Below the pieces are notes generated by a model, which searched no databases, was not told the DNA's origin, and was given only the letters and a program-made list of their open reading frames with translations. A DNA stretch of 63,897 nt, filler included, from Olpidium bornovanus S191 (lineage: Eukaryota > Fungi > Olpidiomycota): NCBI GenBank assembly GCA_017911155.1. It is 25 parts of 25 records of this genome, joined end to end, with 100 filler letters (N's around TTAATTAATTAA, not from the genome) between each part and the next. Parts side by side here need not be neighbours in the genome. Positions count along the whole stretch, not along the records: positions 35,260 to 39,026 come from JAEFCI010010733.1; positions 39,127 to 42,446 come from JAEFCI010001289.1; positions 42,547 to 45,226 come from JAEFCI010009078.1; positions 45,327 to 49,711 come from JAEFCI010000388.1; 21 more parts are not named here. One strand, written 5' to 3'. Shown piece by piece: positions 35,335 to 46,626 of this stretch; within the stretch, counting starts at the first letter, position 1; each line of letters opens with the position of its first letter. The translations under genes were made by a program, and so were the position numbers.

Positions 35335-38300
35335 GCGAATCCATCAGGGTCGTCGTGCGATGCCGGCCCTTCTCGCAAAAAGAGAAGGAGGCCGGGTACG
35401 CCAAGATCGCGGACATCTATCCGGACAAGGGCGTGGTGGTCCTGACGAGGCCCAAGGAGGGCCAGGAGGACAAGACGTTCACGTTCGACGCCGCGTTCGC
35501 CATGGACAGCGAACAGGTGCGGGATCTCGTGCGCGCGATAAGAAGAAGAAGAAGTAGAAGAAGAAGAAGGTCGAGGGGCACCCACCGACCGACCCCTTTC
35601 CGGGCGGGGACGAAACCGCACGACTCCCGAACTCCACCTTCTCCAGAGGGCCGTTTACGACCAGACCGCAAGCGCCATCGTCGATGCGGTTCTCGCGGGC
35701 TTCAACGGGACCGTGTTCGTGTACGGTGCGTAAGGTTTTTTATTTCTTCGTTTTTTTTGTTGGTTTTTGTTTCCTTTTTTGGTTTTATTGCGTTTTGTTT
35801 TAATAATGTTTTGGGTTTTGGGTTTTGGTTTTTTTGTATTTGTTTTGTTTTGTTTTGCTTTGTTTTGTTTTTTGTCTTTTTTGTCCTTTTTTTGTTTTCT
35901 TGTTTATTTTGTTTTTCTTGTTTTTTGTTCTGGTTTTTATTTTGTTTTTGTTTTTATTTGCCATTTTTGATTTTTTTTTGTTTTGTTTGTGATTTTGTTT
36001 TACTGTTTTTGTTTTTTTTGTTTTTCCTCTTTTATTTCGTTTTCTTTTTGTTGTTTTTTCTTGGCCGTTCGGGTCCGTGCGGCTTTTGCTGCGGCCCTCA
36101 AAACCTTTTTCTTTTTTCCATTTTTTTTTGTTTCGGCCGGATTTTTTTCTTCCTTCGCCCCCTCACCCAGATACATTAATTGGTGTAATTACGACGTTAA
36201 CTGCAATACCCATATTAATATTTTCATACCCGGCAAAAAAAAAAAAAAAAAATCAACACAGGTCAGACCGGTACCGGCAAGACGTTCACGATGGAAGGCG
36301 TCAGGAGCGTGCCGCACCTGCGGGGGATAATCCCCAACGCGTTTGAGCACATCTTCTCGCACATCGCGCGCGCGACGTCCAAGCAGTTCCTTGTCCGCGT
36401 GTCGTACATGGAGATCTACAACGAGGAGATCCGGGACCTGCTCGGCAAGGACCCGGGGCGGCCGTGCGAGCTCCGGGGGAACCCGGAGTCGGGCGGGGTG
36501 TGCGTGAAGGACCTGAGCTCGTTCGTCGTGAAGAGCGTCGGCGAGATGGACGGCCTCATGACCGCCGGGAACCGCAACCGCTCCGTCGCCGCGACGGAGA
36601 TGAACGCCAATTCCTCCCGCAGCCACTCAATCTTCACCATCACCGTCGAGTGCTGCGAGAAGGGCGCCGACGGGAGGGACCACTTCTACGCCGGGAAGCT
36701 CCACCTCGTCGACCTCGCCGGCAGCGAGCGCCAGAGCAAGACCGGCGCGTCCGGCGAGCGCCTCAAGGAGGCCACCAAGATTAACCTCTCGCTGTCCGCG
36801 CTCGGGAACTGCATCTCGTCGCTGGTCGACGGGAAGAGCACGCACATCCCCTACCGGGATTCCAAACTGACGAGGCTGCTACAGGACTCTTTGGGAGGGA
36901 ACAGCAAGTAAAAAAAAAAAAAAAAAATAGAAAAATAGAAAAATTCTCCTCCTCTTCAGCCGAGACCTTTTACGACGGGACCGTGCGACGGCCTCGGGCC
37001 GCAGATTGAAAAACTGACCGTCCAACGCCTTTTCCTCGTCCCGTCCGCAGGACGCTGATGATCGCGACGATGAGTCCCGCCGCCTACAACTACGACGAGA
37101 CGCTGAGCTCTCTGCGATACGCGAACCGGGCCAAGAACATCAAGAACAAGCCCAAAATCAACGAGGACCCCAAGGACGCGATGCTCAGGGAGTACCAGGA
37201 GGAGATCAAACGGCTACGGGAGAAGCTCCTGGCGCGAGGGAAAGGGGGCGAGGGGGCGCCCAGGCCGCCGAGGGAAAAGAAGAAAAAGATCATCAAGGTG
37301 ATAAAGGTCAAGAAGCGGCCGCGCAGGCCGTCTACCGCCGGCGAGGCCGTTTCTCCGGAAGCGGCCGCGGGCGAGGCGGAGGCCGCCGGACGGCCGCCGC
37401 GCGCGCAGGCGGAGGCGGCGGAAGAAGAGGAAGCGGTAGGGGAGGAAGCGGTAGGGGAGGAAGCGGGGGAGGACGAGGAAGGAACAGAAGAGGAGGAGGT
37501 GGAAGAGGAGGTGGAGGTGGAAGACGACGAGCAGCCGGCGGCCCTGCAGTTCGCGACCCTGGACCCGGAGACGATCGCCCGGCTCCAGGACGAGGTGGAG
37601 GAAGAGCGGCGCGCGCTGCTGGCGGCGAAGGACATGGTCGCCTCGGACAAGCAGCGGATCGCTTCCGAGCTGGAAACGCGGGCGGCCGAGCTGGAGCGGG
37701 AGCGGCAGGAGCGCCTCGCGCTGGAGGCTCAGCTGACGGCGATGGAGGCCAAGCTCCTGGTCGGCGGGGTCAACATCGTGGAGCACGTCAGCTCGCGGCA
37801 GACGGCGCTGGACGAGGAGACGCTCAAGGTCGAGGAGAAGCGGCGGGCGCAGCGGGAGCTCCAGCAGCAGGTGGAGGCCAAGCAGGAGAACCAGCTGCAG
37901 ATGGAGGAGAGCTACGCGTCGCTGCAGGAGGAGGTCGACGTGAAGACCAAGAAGCTGAAGAAGCTCTGGGCCAAGCTGCAGGCGGCCAAGTCCGAGATCG
38001 GAGACCTGCAGGACGAGTTCCGCGGCGAGCGGGAGGACCTGCTCGACACGATCCGGGAGCTCTCCCGCGAGCTGAACGTCAAGTCGGCCGTCATCGAGAA
38101 CTTCGTGCCGGCCGCCGAGCGGATGAAGGTGGAGCGGCGGGCGGCGTACGACCCGGAGAAGGACGACTGGCAGCTCTCGCCCCTGACGGAGCTCAACCTC
38201 GCCAACAAGCTCCGCCGGCCGCTGGCGGCGCCGGGCCGGACGAGGCGGCCGCTGTCCCACTGGGCGCAGGCGAAGATCGCCTCGGGGGACCCCAACCCGC

Positions 38301-38726
38301 GGTACCGGCCGGAGAACATCCTGACGATCGCGCTGGACATGCCCGAGAGGACGACGCGGTCGTACCTCGCACTTATTGCCCAGCCCTCGGTGCCGGGGTC
38401 CGCCGCCGCCGCCGCAGGCGGGACGCCGCGGCGGCACCGGCCGCCGGCGGCCTACCGCGAGAGCCTCGACCTCGCGGTCCGCGCGGAGACGCCCGACCGG
38501 TCGGCCGGCCGCGCCGCCGTCTACCGTTCGGGCGGGGGGTCCGCGCCGCCCGACCGGTCGGGCGGCGGCGGCGGCGGCGGCGGCGGCCTCGGCGCGCGGG
38601 AGACCCCTTCCGCGCGACGGCCGACGACGTCCTCGCGGCACCGGAATGCCGGGGCCCCGCCGTCGCCACCGAAAGCGCCCAAAGGCCGCCCGTCGTGGGA
38701 CTGCGACTACGACGACGGCGACAGCG

Positions 38727-38760
<34 letters not shown>

Positions 38761-38839
38761 CGGCGGCGTCGGCGTCGGCTTTGGCTCCGCGCGCCCGCGC
38801 TCGCGAAACCCGGTGTTGTCGAAAATGCGGTTCGCCTGA
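35335..38839 (+). CDS. KIF3: Kinesin-2 (KIF3A/B-like) anterograde intraflagellar-transport motor; exons 35335-35516, 35647-35725, 36262-36907, 37051-38839; first exon missing
   Basis: [17 protein letters not shown]|[66 protein letters not shown] and kinesin-2 stalk [25 protein letters not shown]...IENFVP. Confidence 0.93.
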
Positions 38840-39126
38840 AGAGGGTAAAGATGTAGGGAAAAGGGGGGGGGGGGGTTGGCGCAGCCAGGGGGCAGCACGG
38901 ATAGAGCTCCTACACGAATTACTTTCCCCCTTTTGTAGAATCCGCACGGAATCCCAACATAAACAGGCGCGGAATCCGTAGAATCAGAACACCGCGAAGA
39001 AGAAACAGAACAGTATTCTCCTCTTCNNNNNNNNNNNNNNNNNNNNNNNNNNNNNNNNNNNNNNNNNNNNTTAATTAATTAANNNNNNNNNNNNNNNNNN
39101 NNNNNNNNNNNNNNNNNNNNNNNNNN

Positions 39127-39854
39127 GCGTCGCGCTCCCGCGGGTGCCCGCCGCGCACTTCGTCTGCCGTTGCGACTCTTTTCGTCGCTTCCTCGTGGTC
39201 CCGGCGCACCGTGTGACCGTACCGCGTCCGCCGGTTGGCGAACCATGTGTTGATCTGGTGGTACGTCCGACCGGTGCGCTCCGCAAGCAGCAGGCGGTCC
39301 TCGGCTGGCGGGTGGTGTTGGCGGTTGTAGTACTCCACCAGGATGCGGTCAGCCTCCGACTTCGACACTCGCCGGTTGGAGTACGAGGAAGACAACGGCG
39401 AACCGGACGACGAGTCCGAGCTCGCGGCATTGGCGGCAGCGTGGGCGCGGGTCCTTGCCCGCGAGCGCGCCGTCTGAGCGTCCATTTCCGGCCTTGCAGT
39501 CCGCATGTGCTTCGCCATGGTGTCAGACTTCGGGTTTACCCGAACAGCAGTTAGGTCCCACCTGCTCCAGCGAAATCCTGGGCCCACGTTGCCGGATACA
39601 GCACATACCTCGGCCGCATCCGCATTGTCATCCTCGTCATCTATCCCCAGTATTCCCCTAGAAAAAGTTCTCGATAACGCTGCCGTCAGGGCGTCGTGCA
39701 CTCGTTCGTGTATCGCCTTGGAGACATCCACTCCGATTGTCTCAATGGTTTCGCTGTCGAGCCGTTCAGACGAGGAAAGCTCCGTGTCGATCGCCGTTCG
39801 CATTGCGTCCTCCAGATTTCTCAACTCCTCCCCGACTACAGATGTCATGTCCAT
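39127..39854 (-). CDS. Homeodomain transcription factor, 3' truncated
   Basis: ADRILVEYYNRQHHPPAEDRLLLAERTGRTYHQINTWFANRRTR (three-helix homeodomain, WFxNRR). ATG at 39854 (MDMTSVV) inferred. Confidence 0.88.
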
Positions 39855-41063
39855 ATGATTTCGCGGCCTGAGCGAGAAAGTGAGCCTATTCAAAGAATCG
39901 TCTGTCGCAACGTCCTCTGGAGCCCGCTCACAAAGGATAATGCCGAAACTGCGGATAAAGAAACGAGGAAATTGTGAGTCAGGAAGCGTAAGTGACAAGC
40001 CATATATCGTCGCAAAACAACTGCAGCGCCGCTTCCCCAAAACGACCACACAGCACACACAAGTTGGTGAGACCGGAGAGACTATAGTCCGTCACCTCGG
40101 GAAAACTGTGTTCTCGGGGCCGCTTTCTTGTTTCCAACGCCTCGCCTGCTTCTGAGGATGCAGAGTCTTGTCGGTCAGCCAGTGCTGCTTTCCCCTTGGC
40201 CAAAAACGCGTTCGTTTTCCTAGCCACCGTGCCGGCCTGCTTCCGACTTGATTTTGCGCCAGACAATTGGCACATTCTTTTTAACCCGGAGAAAATTCGG
40301 GTAACTGCATAAAGGATGGACGATAACAGCGCCCGACATCACGTCAGCAAACACGACTAAACTTCCAGCCGGGAGGAGATGCTCGTTCCCAAAACAACTT
40401 GAAAGAAGACATCTCAAAAAAGCAGGCCAGTTACTGCCATACGCAGGGCAAAGTTCACCGGATTCCGGGGTGAGCCAAAAATCAGCGAAGCCCGCTCTTC
40501 TTGTCAGAAAACAAAAAGATGCGCGGCCGCGTAAGCAACAGGGCCGGTTCCCACCCGAAAGACCGAAAACGGGAAAAGGAAAAACTTACGATTCCTATCC
40601 TTGTCCCAGAAACGGCAGTGCCATATTCTAGACAGGTACCCGTACCGAACTCCAAAACACCGCCCGTCGTTTTCTTTGGCTGCGGCCGCCTTGAATCAGT
40701 CCAGGACCCGCCGCATACTCTCGCTGCGGAGTTGCGGTTGCGAATGATGAGAGGAGCCGGCAAAAAGCAACTTACAAAAACGGCGGAACCTCTGCTTTCC
40801 CAAACGCAACGTGGGCGGCTCGTACACGGTATTGAAAACGCCCGCGAGGCGTAAACCGGCTGCAAGTCCTGCGCCACCCGAAAAGCGAGCGGCAATAGGG
40901 TCTCTCCGTCAGCAAGGATGAAATTATGCGAAAAAATAGTAATTCGCGGGAAGCCAAATCGGAGAGCCATGCTGCATACAGACAACCGATGTGCCACCCC
41001 GAGTGGCTTATATGTCGCCTACCACGCACACGACCGTGGATCCGCCGACGGTGGCATGCCAAT

Positions 41064-42177
41064 TCACGAGGAACCATTCGCCGCAGTGTCTTGTTCCGCA
41101 AGAACTCGCACCATTCTGCGACGTGGCAAAGGAGGGAACGAGCATTCGGACACGCGCCGGAGCTCAATTTGCGCGTTCGCACAGCCGAGAGGCGGCCGTT
41201 CAGGAGGCCGGAGAAAGAATGGCAATTCCTCACCGTCAGCAGAGATCGGGTATAAAAGCGCCGGAAATCTGCGGTAATGCTCAATCAACCTGGCGTCGAG
41301 CGTCGACCGCGAGAGCGCTCTGTCGACGAACTCCACCCGCGCAAGGACTTCTGCGGCGGTAGGCGCCGTCGCGCGCAGCGCGGCAACGAGCGGTGAGTCC
41401 AACTCGCGCTGTTCTTCCACCCGGACGTCCCACGTAGCGCCTTTGCAGAAGTCGGCGTCGTCGTTATGCGGGGAAACAGCCTCGGAGGACGCGTCGTCGA
41501 TGGAAGCTGCCTCGTAATCAGGGTAACACGTGGTCGGGGCCCGTTCTACATGTTGCGTCTGAAATTCGTCGCCGCCTGCGTTCGATGATGCCATGGAGAC
41601 AGCACAGCCTTGCGATGCCGAGGATCTGTTTGAGTGAACGGCAGAGCTTCAGTCGACCGGTCGTTGACTGAAACGTCGGGTTTCACTACCGGGATCGTCA
41701 CGACGGCACCGTCCGCAACTTGCGTGCGAGAAAGTCCCCCGGATTGCGCGCAAAACGCGGACGGCCGGCAAACAAACAAACAAAAAGAAGCCCCCCCCGC
41801 CTTCCCCCCCCCCCGGCCCGAGGCAACGCGAACCGGCAAAAACGCGCAAATTACCCGTTCAGAGCAGCTTTCGCGGTCCACACATGCCGGTAGTCCGAGA
41901 CTGCCGCTGCAGCGGGCTGGCCCACGGGAAAGTGTCCGGAGGGCGACGGCTGAGCAGAGGCGTGCGGCCACAAGTGCGCGTAGCTGCGGGCGTCCTGCCC
42001 GGCGCGCCCAGCCTTCCCGGAGGCCGCCATGAGTGCGAGCGCCGAGGCGGCTTCCATGTCGGACCACTCGAGCTGCTGCTCCGAGTAGGACCATCGAGGC
42101 GCCAAGACGGCGGCGGCGCGCGCGTCCAAGGAGGAAGACGCGCCGCGCACGGGGTCGACTCCGCCCGGAACGTGCAT
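41064..42177 (-). CDS. Hypothetical protein exon(s), unrecognised
   Basis: Protein-like frames 41851-42177 (WSDMEAASALALMAA) and 41064-41594 (EVLARVEFVDRALSRSTLDARLIEHYRRFPALLYP). Exon structure not resolved. Confidence 0.35.
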
Positions 42178-42390
42178 ACCGCCCGTTTCGCCTGGAGCGG
42201 GATAGGGTCAAGCCGGCCAGCGCCCGCGATCGGGGGCCCAACTCCCGCCCGAGTTCGATCACAGCGCGATTTACAGTACGGCCGGGGGGGCGCTCCACGG
42301 CACGCGCGCGTAGCGGCGGGGGGTTCTGCGGCTGGCGGCGGGGGGGGAGAGAGGAGAGCTGAGGGGGGGGGGGTGGGGCTCCGTCGGGGG

Positions 42391-42440
<50 letters not shown>

Positions 42441-42546
42441 TCCGCCNNNNNNNNNNNNNNNNNNNNNNNNNNNNNNNNNNNNNNNNNNNNTTAATTAATT
42501 AANNNNNNNNNNNNNNNNNNNNNNNNNNNNNNNNNNNNNNNNNNNN

Positions 42547-43260
42547 GTCCAGCCCGAGTATTTCTCTGCCAAGGGCACCATTGTTTTTATCAAGCGTGAA
42601 AACATATCCTACCCGGCGTGTCCCTCGGAGGGTTGTAACAAAAAGGTCACCGAGGAGAATGACATGTGGCGCTGCGAGAGATGCCAGCGTTCGTACCCGG
42701 CGCCTGACCATCGGTACGTGCGTTATTTCTGGCTTTTTTTGGCCCATCAGATTATACCGAAGTTTTATTTCTGTACTATATGGTGGATCCATCAATAACG
42801 GTCATCGATGCCGACGTCCTCCCTACACCAATTAACCCCAGATACATCGTCGGCGTGAATGTTTCGGACCACACCGGCCAGGCATGGCTGCAGTGTTTCA
42901 ACGAGATCGGACAGGTGATATTCGGCCGAACTGCAGGCGAGATGCTGGCGATTCGGGACACGAGCGAGCAGGAGTACAACAACGTTTTTATGACGGCCAA
43001 CTTCCGCTCGTATTTTTTCAAGTGCAGAGCGAAGTCTGAGACCTATAATGTGCGTGCACGGCTTTCCGGCCCATGGCCCCCTTTTTTGAGGTTTTGTTTC
43101 TCTTTGGTGACAGGAAACCGGAAAAGTCCGCAACTGACGGGGTATAGTTTCGACATACCAGGATCAAACCAGGGTTCGGTACAGTGTCTTGGCGGCCACT
43201 CCAGTCGACTTCGTCAGCGAGAGCAACCTGCTGGTGCAGCAGATCCAGAAGTACAACTAA
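42547..43260 (+). CDS. RFA1: Replication protein A large subunit, C-terminal DBD-C with zinc ribbon, last three exons
   Basis: YFSAKGTIVFIK.ENISYPACPSEGCNKKV...WRCERC...|YIVGVNVSDHTGQAWLQCFNE...F..ANFRSYFFKCRAKSETYN|DQTRVRY...*. Confidence 0.96.
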
Positions 43261-43970
43261 GAATCATCATCGCCGATGCACATTAATGAGGGCAAAAATT
43301 GCACGCCGTACACAGTCGAATCACGCTAAGCATATCGGCTTGCGAAAACTCACTCTGCACCTTTCGGGACGCAGAGTTCGTCCATTTGCCTTTTTGGGAA
43401 AAAAAAAGGAGGATGTGGAGAAAGGCTAACCAAGGGGAAAACGGCGGGGATTTACCCGTGGAAAAATAGGTGGGGAAATCGGTGAATATGCAAAACGTCA
43501 TCGGCGCTCATACTGCTGCCATTCCGCTGCCACACATAAACCCGCGAGATGTGCCTGCCCTCATCCGTGGCTGAACCCCCTCCCCCCCCTCCCTCCCCCA
43601 TCAAAATGGATTCCCAACAGATCATCCTCGCGATTTTTTGCATCTCTGCTGTCATCCTCGTTCAAGTTCCAGCATCAGAAAAAATCCCGCCAGCAAGGGG
43701 TAGTAGTCACCTCGCAGATGCCGATCGAGCGGCTCTGGCTTTTTTTTTTTTTTTTTGAATGACTTTGGAATGTCAAGTCGTCCGGGACCCTGAGTGGTGG
43801 AGCTTCCTCGCTTAACGGTTACGCTGTTGATGTCTTCCTTCGCGACCCCGACCTCCCGCTTCGATGCGACCTGCCCCCAACAAACCTCGTTCGCGTTTTT
43901 CACGTGCAAAGCTTCACACCGGGTCTCTGCCGGGTCTGATCGGCGCGCGGGCATCACGACGCCCGAAAAC

Positions 43971-44004
<34 letters not shown>

Positions 44005-44036
44005 CCCCCCCCCCCCGCCGGGGGCCCCCCCCCCCC

Positions 44037-44075
<39 letters not shown>

Positions 44076-44410
44076 ACCGCGATCCCGTCGCGTCGGCCTT
44101 CCTTACCGCGGGATCACCGCGAAACCCGACCCCCGGTCCCCGTTTCGAAAACGCGAAAGCCAAAAAAAAAAAATACTCTCAAACTGACCGCGAGCGGTCG
44201 TTCCGACGGGACCTCCGCGCGTCACGACCGAGCGACCTGCCCGGTTTCCCAGGGCGCGGGAGAAAGAGGGAGGGGGGAGAGGGCACTTCGATCGTCGCAA
44301 GTCATACTACAACTGTTCGCCTCGCAGGCCGTCTCTGTGATCGACGGAGGGTCGCTTAGTTGACGTCGTCGTCGTCGTCGGCTGGCCTGGGGGGGGGGGG
44401 GGGGGGGGGG

Positions 44411-44445
<35 letters not shown>

Positions 44446-45326
44446 GGCGGGGTGTCGAGAATAAAGGGGGAGGCTGAGCAGCACGAGCACTGTGCACACC
44501 AAAAGCCCCTGCTACCCCTTTGTAGAGTTTCTAGCTTCCCGCCATATAAAACAGGCCTGGAGTAGATAGCGGTGCCACGCCCTGAATACAACACTCTTCT
44601 TCTCCTTCGGCTTCGGGTTCGGTCTACGGCTTCCGAAATCAACACGGGGGACGGGTGCATCTTCGGAAAAAAAAGCAGGCTTAGCCCCAGCCCTTCCCCC
44701 CGGGGCTGGATACATCGCTGGACGAGCCCCCCTGGTGATGGTGCCGCGCCCTTTTCCTGCAAACGGACCACCCCGGTCAATAGCAACAGAAGAGAAAGAG
44801 AGGGGAAATCTTTAAAAAAGAAAAAAAAAAAAAAAAAAATTGAGAAAACCCCCCGCGGCCGGCTGTCCTCTTTAAGCAACAGCATTTTTCGTTTCGCCGT
44901 TTTTTCCGTTCTACGTCACGTCCAGCGAGGTTAGTAGGTCGGGGGGGGGGTGTTTTGTTTGTCTAGCGGATACATTTTTTTGCAGTCGACGGGCACGGGA
45001 ATACAGAAATGGGCGATCATTGTGACAGTTCTTCACATGCAGCTGGGGACAAGGCGCCGTAAGGGGGGGGGGGGGGGGGGGAAGGAGGGGCCGTAGGGGG
45101 GGGGGATTCCCTGCTCTCCCCCACTGACCAACAAAATGGTCTCCCCCATTCGACCTTCCCCGCTTTCGCGTTACATGTTTTCGACATTTTCCAAGCTCGC
45201 CCACCCAGATAAAAAGGAAAAAAAAANNNNNNNNNNNNNNNNNNNNNNNNNNNNNNNNNNNNNNNNNNNNTTAATTAATTAANNNNNNNNNNNNNNNNNN
45301 NNNNNNNNNNNNNNNNNNNNNNNNNN

Positions 45327-45905
45327 CATGTCTCCGCTTCTGCCCCGTCAGCTGCGCTTTCCTTTTCCAAGAGAGGGGCTTTGGCCGCTTCGGTTCCGGA
45401 AAATTCGAGCACCTCGGAAGGATCGGAATCGCCTTCGGCCCTAGCGGCCGATGAAAAAGCTTCGTCAGAAGCTCCAAAACCTCGGGTGCCCCCCGCGGAC
45501 AGCTCGCGATCTTCCCCGTTGGACAACCTGGGATCGCAGCAATCTCATGAAACCGGCCTGAGGTTTCCCAGCGTAGCGTCACCGACGTTCCGGTTCGTCA
45601 CCACGACGCACGAGGGGCCGCTGCTGGTGTCGGCGAATTCGGGGTGCGTGGACCTCGACCCCGGCGGCAGCCTGGATTGGTCGGCGCTGAACCGTTCTAT
45701 ATCGTACGCGTCGGTGGCCATCCCCGGAGGGGTCGGCGTGAGCATTTTGTTCTTTGTTGAGGAGGACTGCGCGGGCATCGCTGTGTACGACCTGGAGAAG
45801 AAAACCATCGCGACGGGATTGCCCACCGTCGTGGACATCCTTCCGGACTTTTTCGGGAACTTTCTGGGCCCGCAGAGCGCGGCGGTTTCGGTCACCAAGC
45901 CCTGA
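45327..45905 (+). CDS. C-terminal part of hypothetical protein (Ser-rich linker + globular beta-rich tail)
   Basis: Frame open from contig start to TGA at 45905; GC3-biased codons in the tail; no family recognised. Confidence 0.5.
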   Translation, partial: HVSASAPSAALSFSKRGALAASVPENSSTSEGSESPSALAADEKASSEAPKPRVPPADSSRSSPLDNLGSQQSHETGLRFPSVASPTFRFVTTTHEGPLLVSANSGCVDLDPGGSLDWSALNRSISYASVAIPGGVGVSILFFVEEDCAGIAVYDLEKKTIATGLPTVVDILPDFFGNFLGPQSAAVSVTKP

Positions 45906-46626
45906 AGACCCGATAAAACGCCCCGCTCTGAAATCAAGCCCCAGGAGCCCCCCCGGCTTTTCTTTTGCTTGCCGGCAGGCGGCTTTCCGAAATAGGCCTT
46001 GCGTAGGCTGCCCGACGCTCTGCTGTTAAGGGCCGCATCTGGTGCGCAATTTGTTATCTACTATTATACAGCCATTCTTGGCTCCTTCCCTTAAAGCCTA
46101 CGACGGGCGGACGTCGCCGAGAAAATATAGATGTAAGATTAGTTATTATAATCTTTGTGCCACGTGGGGGAAGGGGGTCAAGGAAACCCCGTTTTTACCG
46201 TCGATCTCCTGGCGCAGCCGCAAACGGATTGGATGAATGAGACAAAGCCGTCACGGGGACATCTCATACCCGGCGATAAGAAGTCATCGAAAACGCAACG
46301 CGCGGGGAGCCTTCCCGGGTAACGGCAGCTTCAGAGGAGCTACGACGTCGGAGATCGTCCAAAGACCGCCCTCCCGCCAAAAAAGACGTAAGGACGTACG
46401 GAACCACGGGACGGCCGCCGTGGCGCAGAGAAAAAACAGAGGCGGAATACAGGTGTGCCGGATTGCATACACTTAGCCATAAGGGGTCAAGGTGCCCGAA
46501 CGTTTCGCCACCACCGCAACTCGTGCGCTTGTCCAATAATTCTAGTGTTAACGCTTGTTTAGGGCAAGCCGACGCAAAGGTATTCACAGGAGAAATTCCG
46601 TAATGATGCAAGCTGGATCGGAAAAA

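Noticed and set aside
817-38839. NPHP1 and kinesin-2 as a ciliary gene cluster
   Set aside because: They are on different contigs separated by many artificial spacers; order in this window carries no linkage information.
43598-43700. MDSQQIILAIFCISAVILVQV as a small secreted-protein start
   Set aside because: Hydrophobic stretch only; no coherent downstream exon, and the opposite strand reads equally plausibly.
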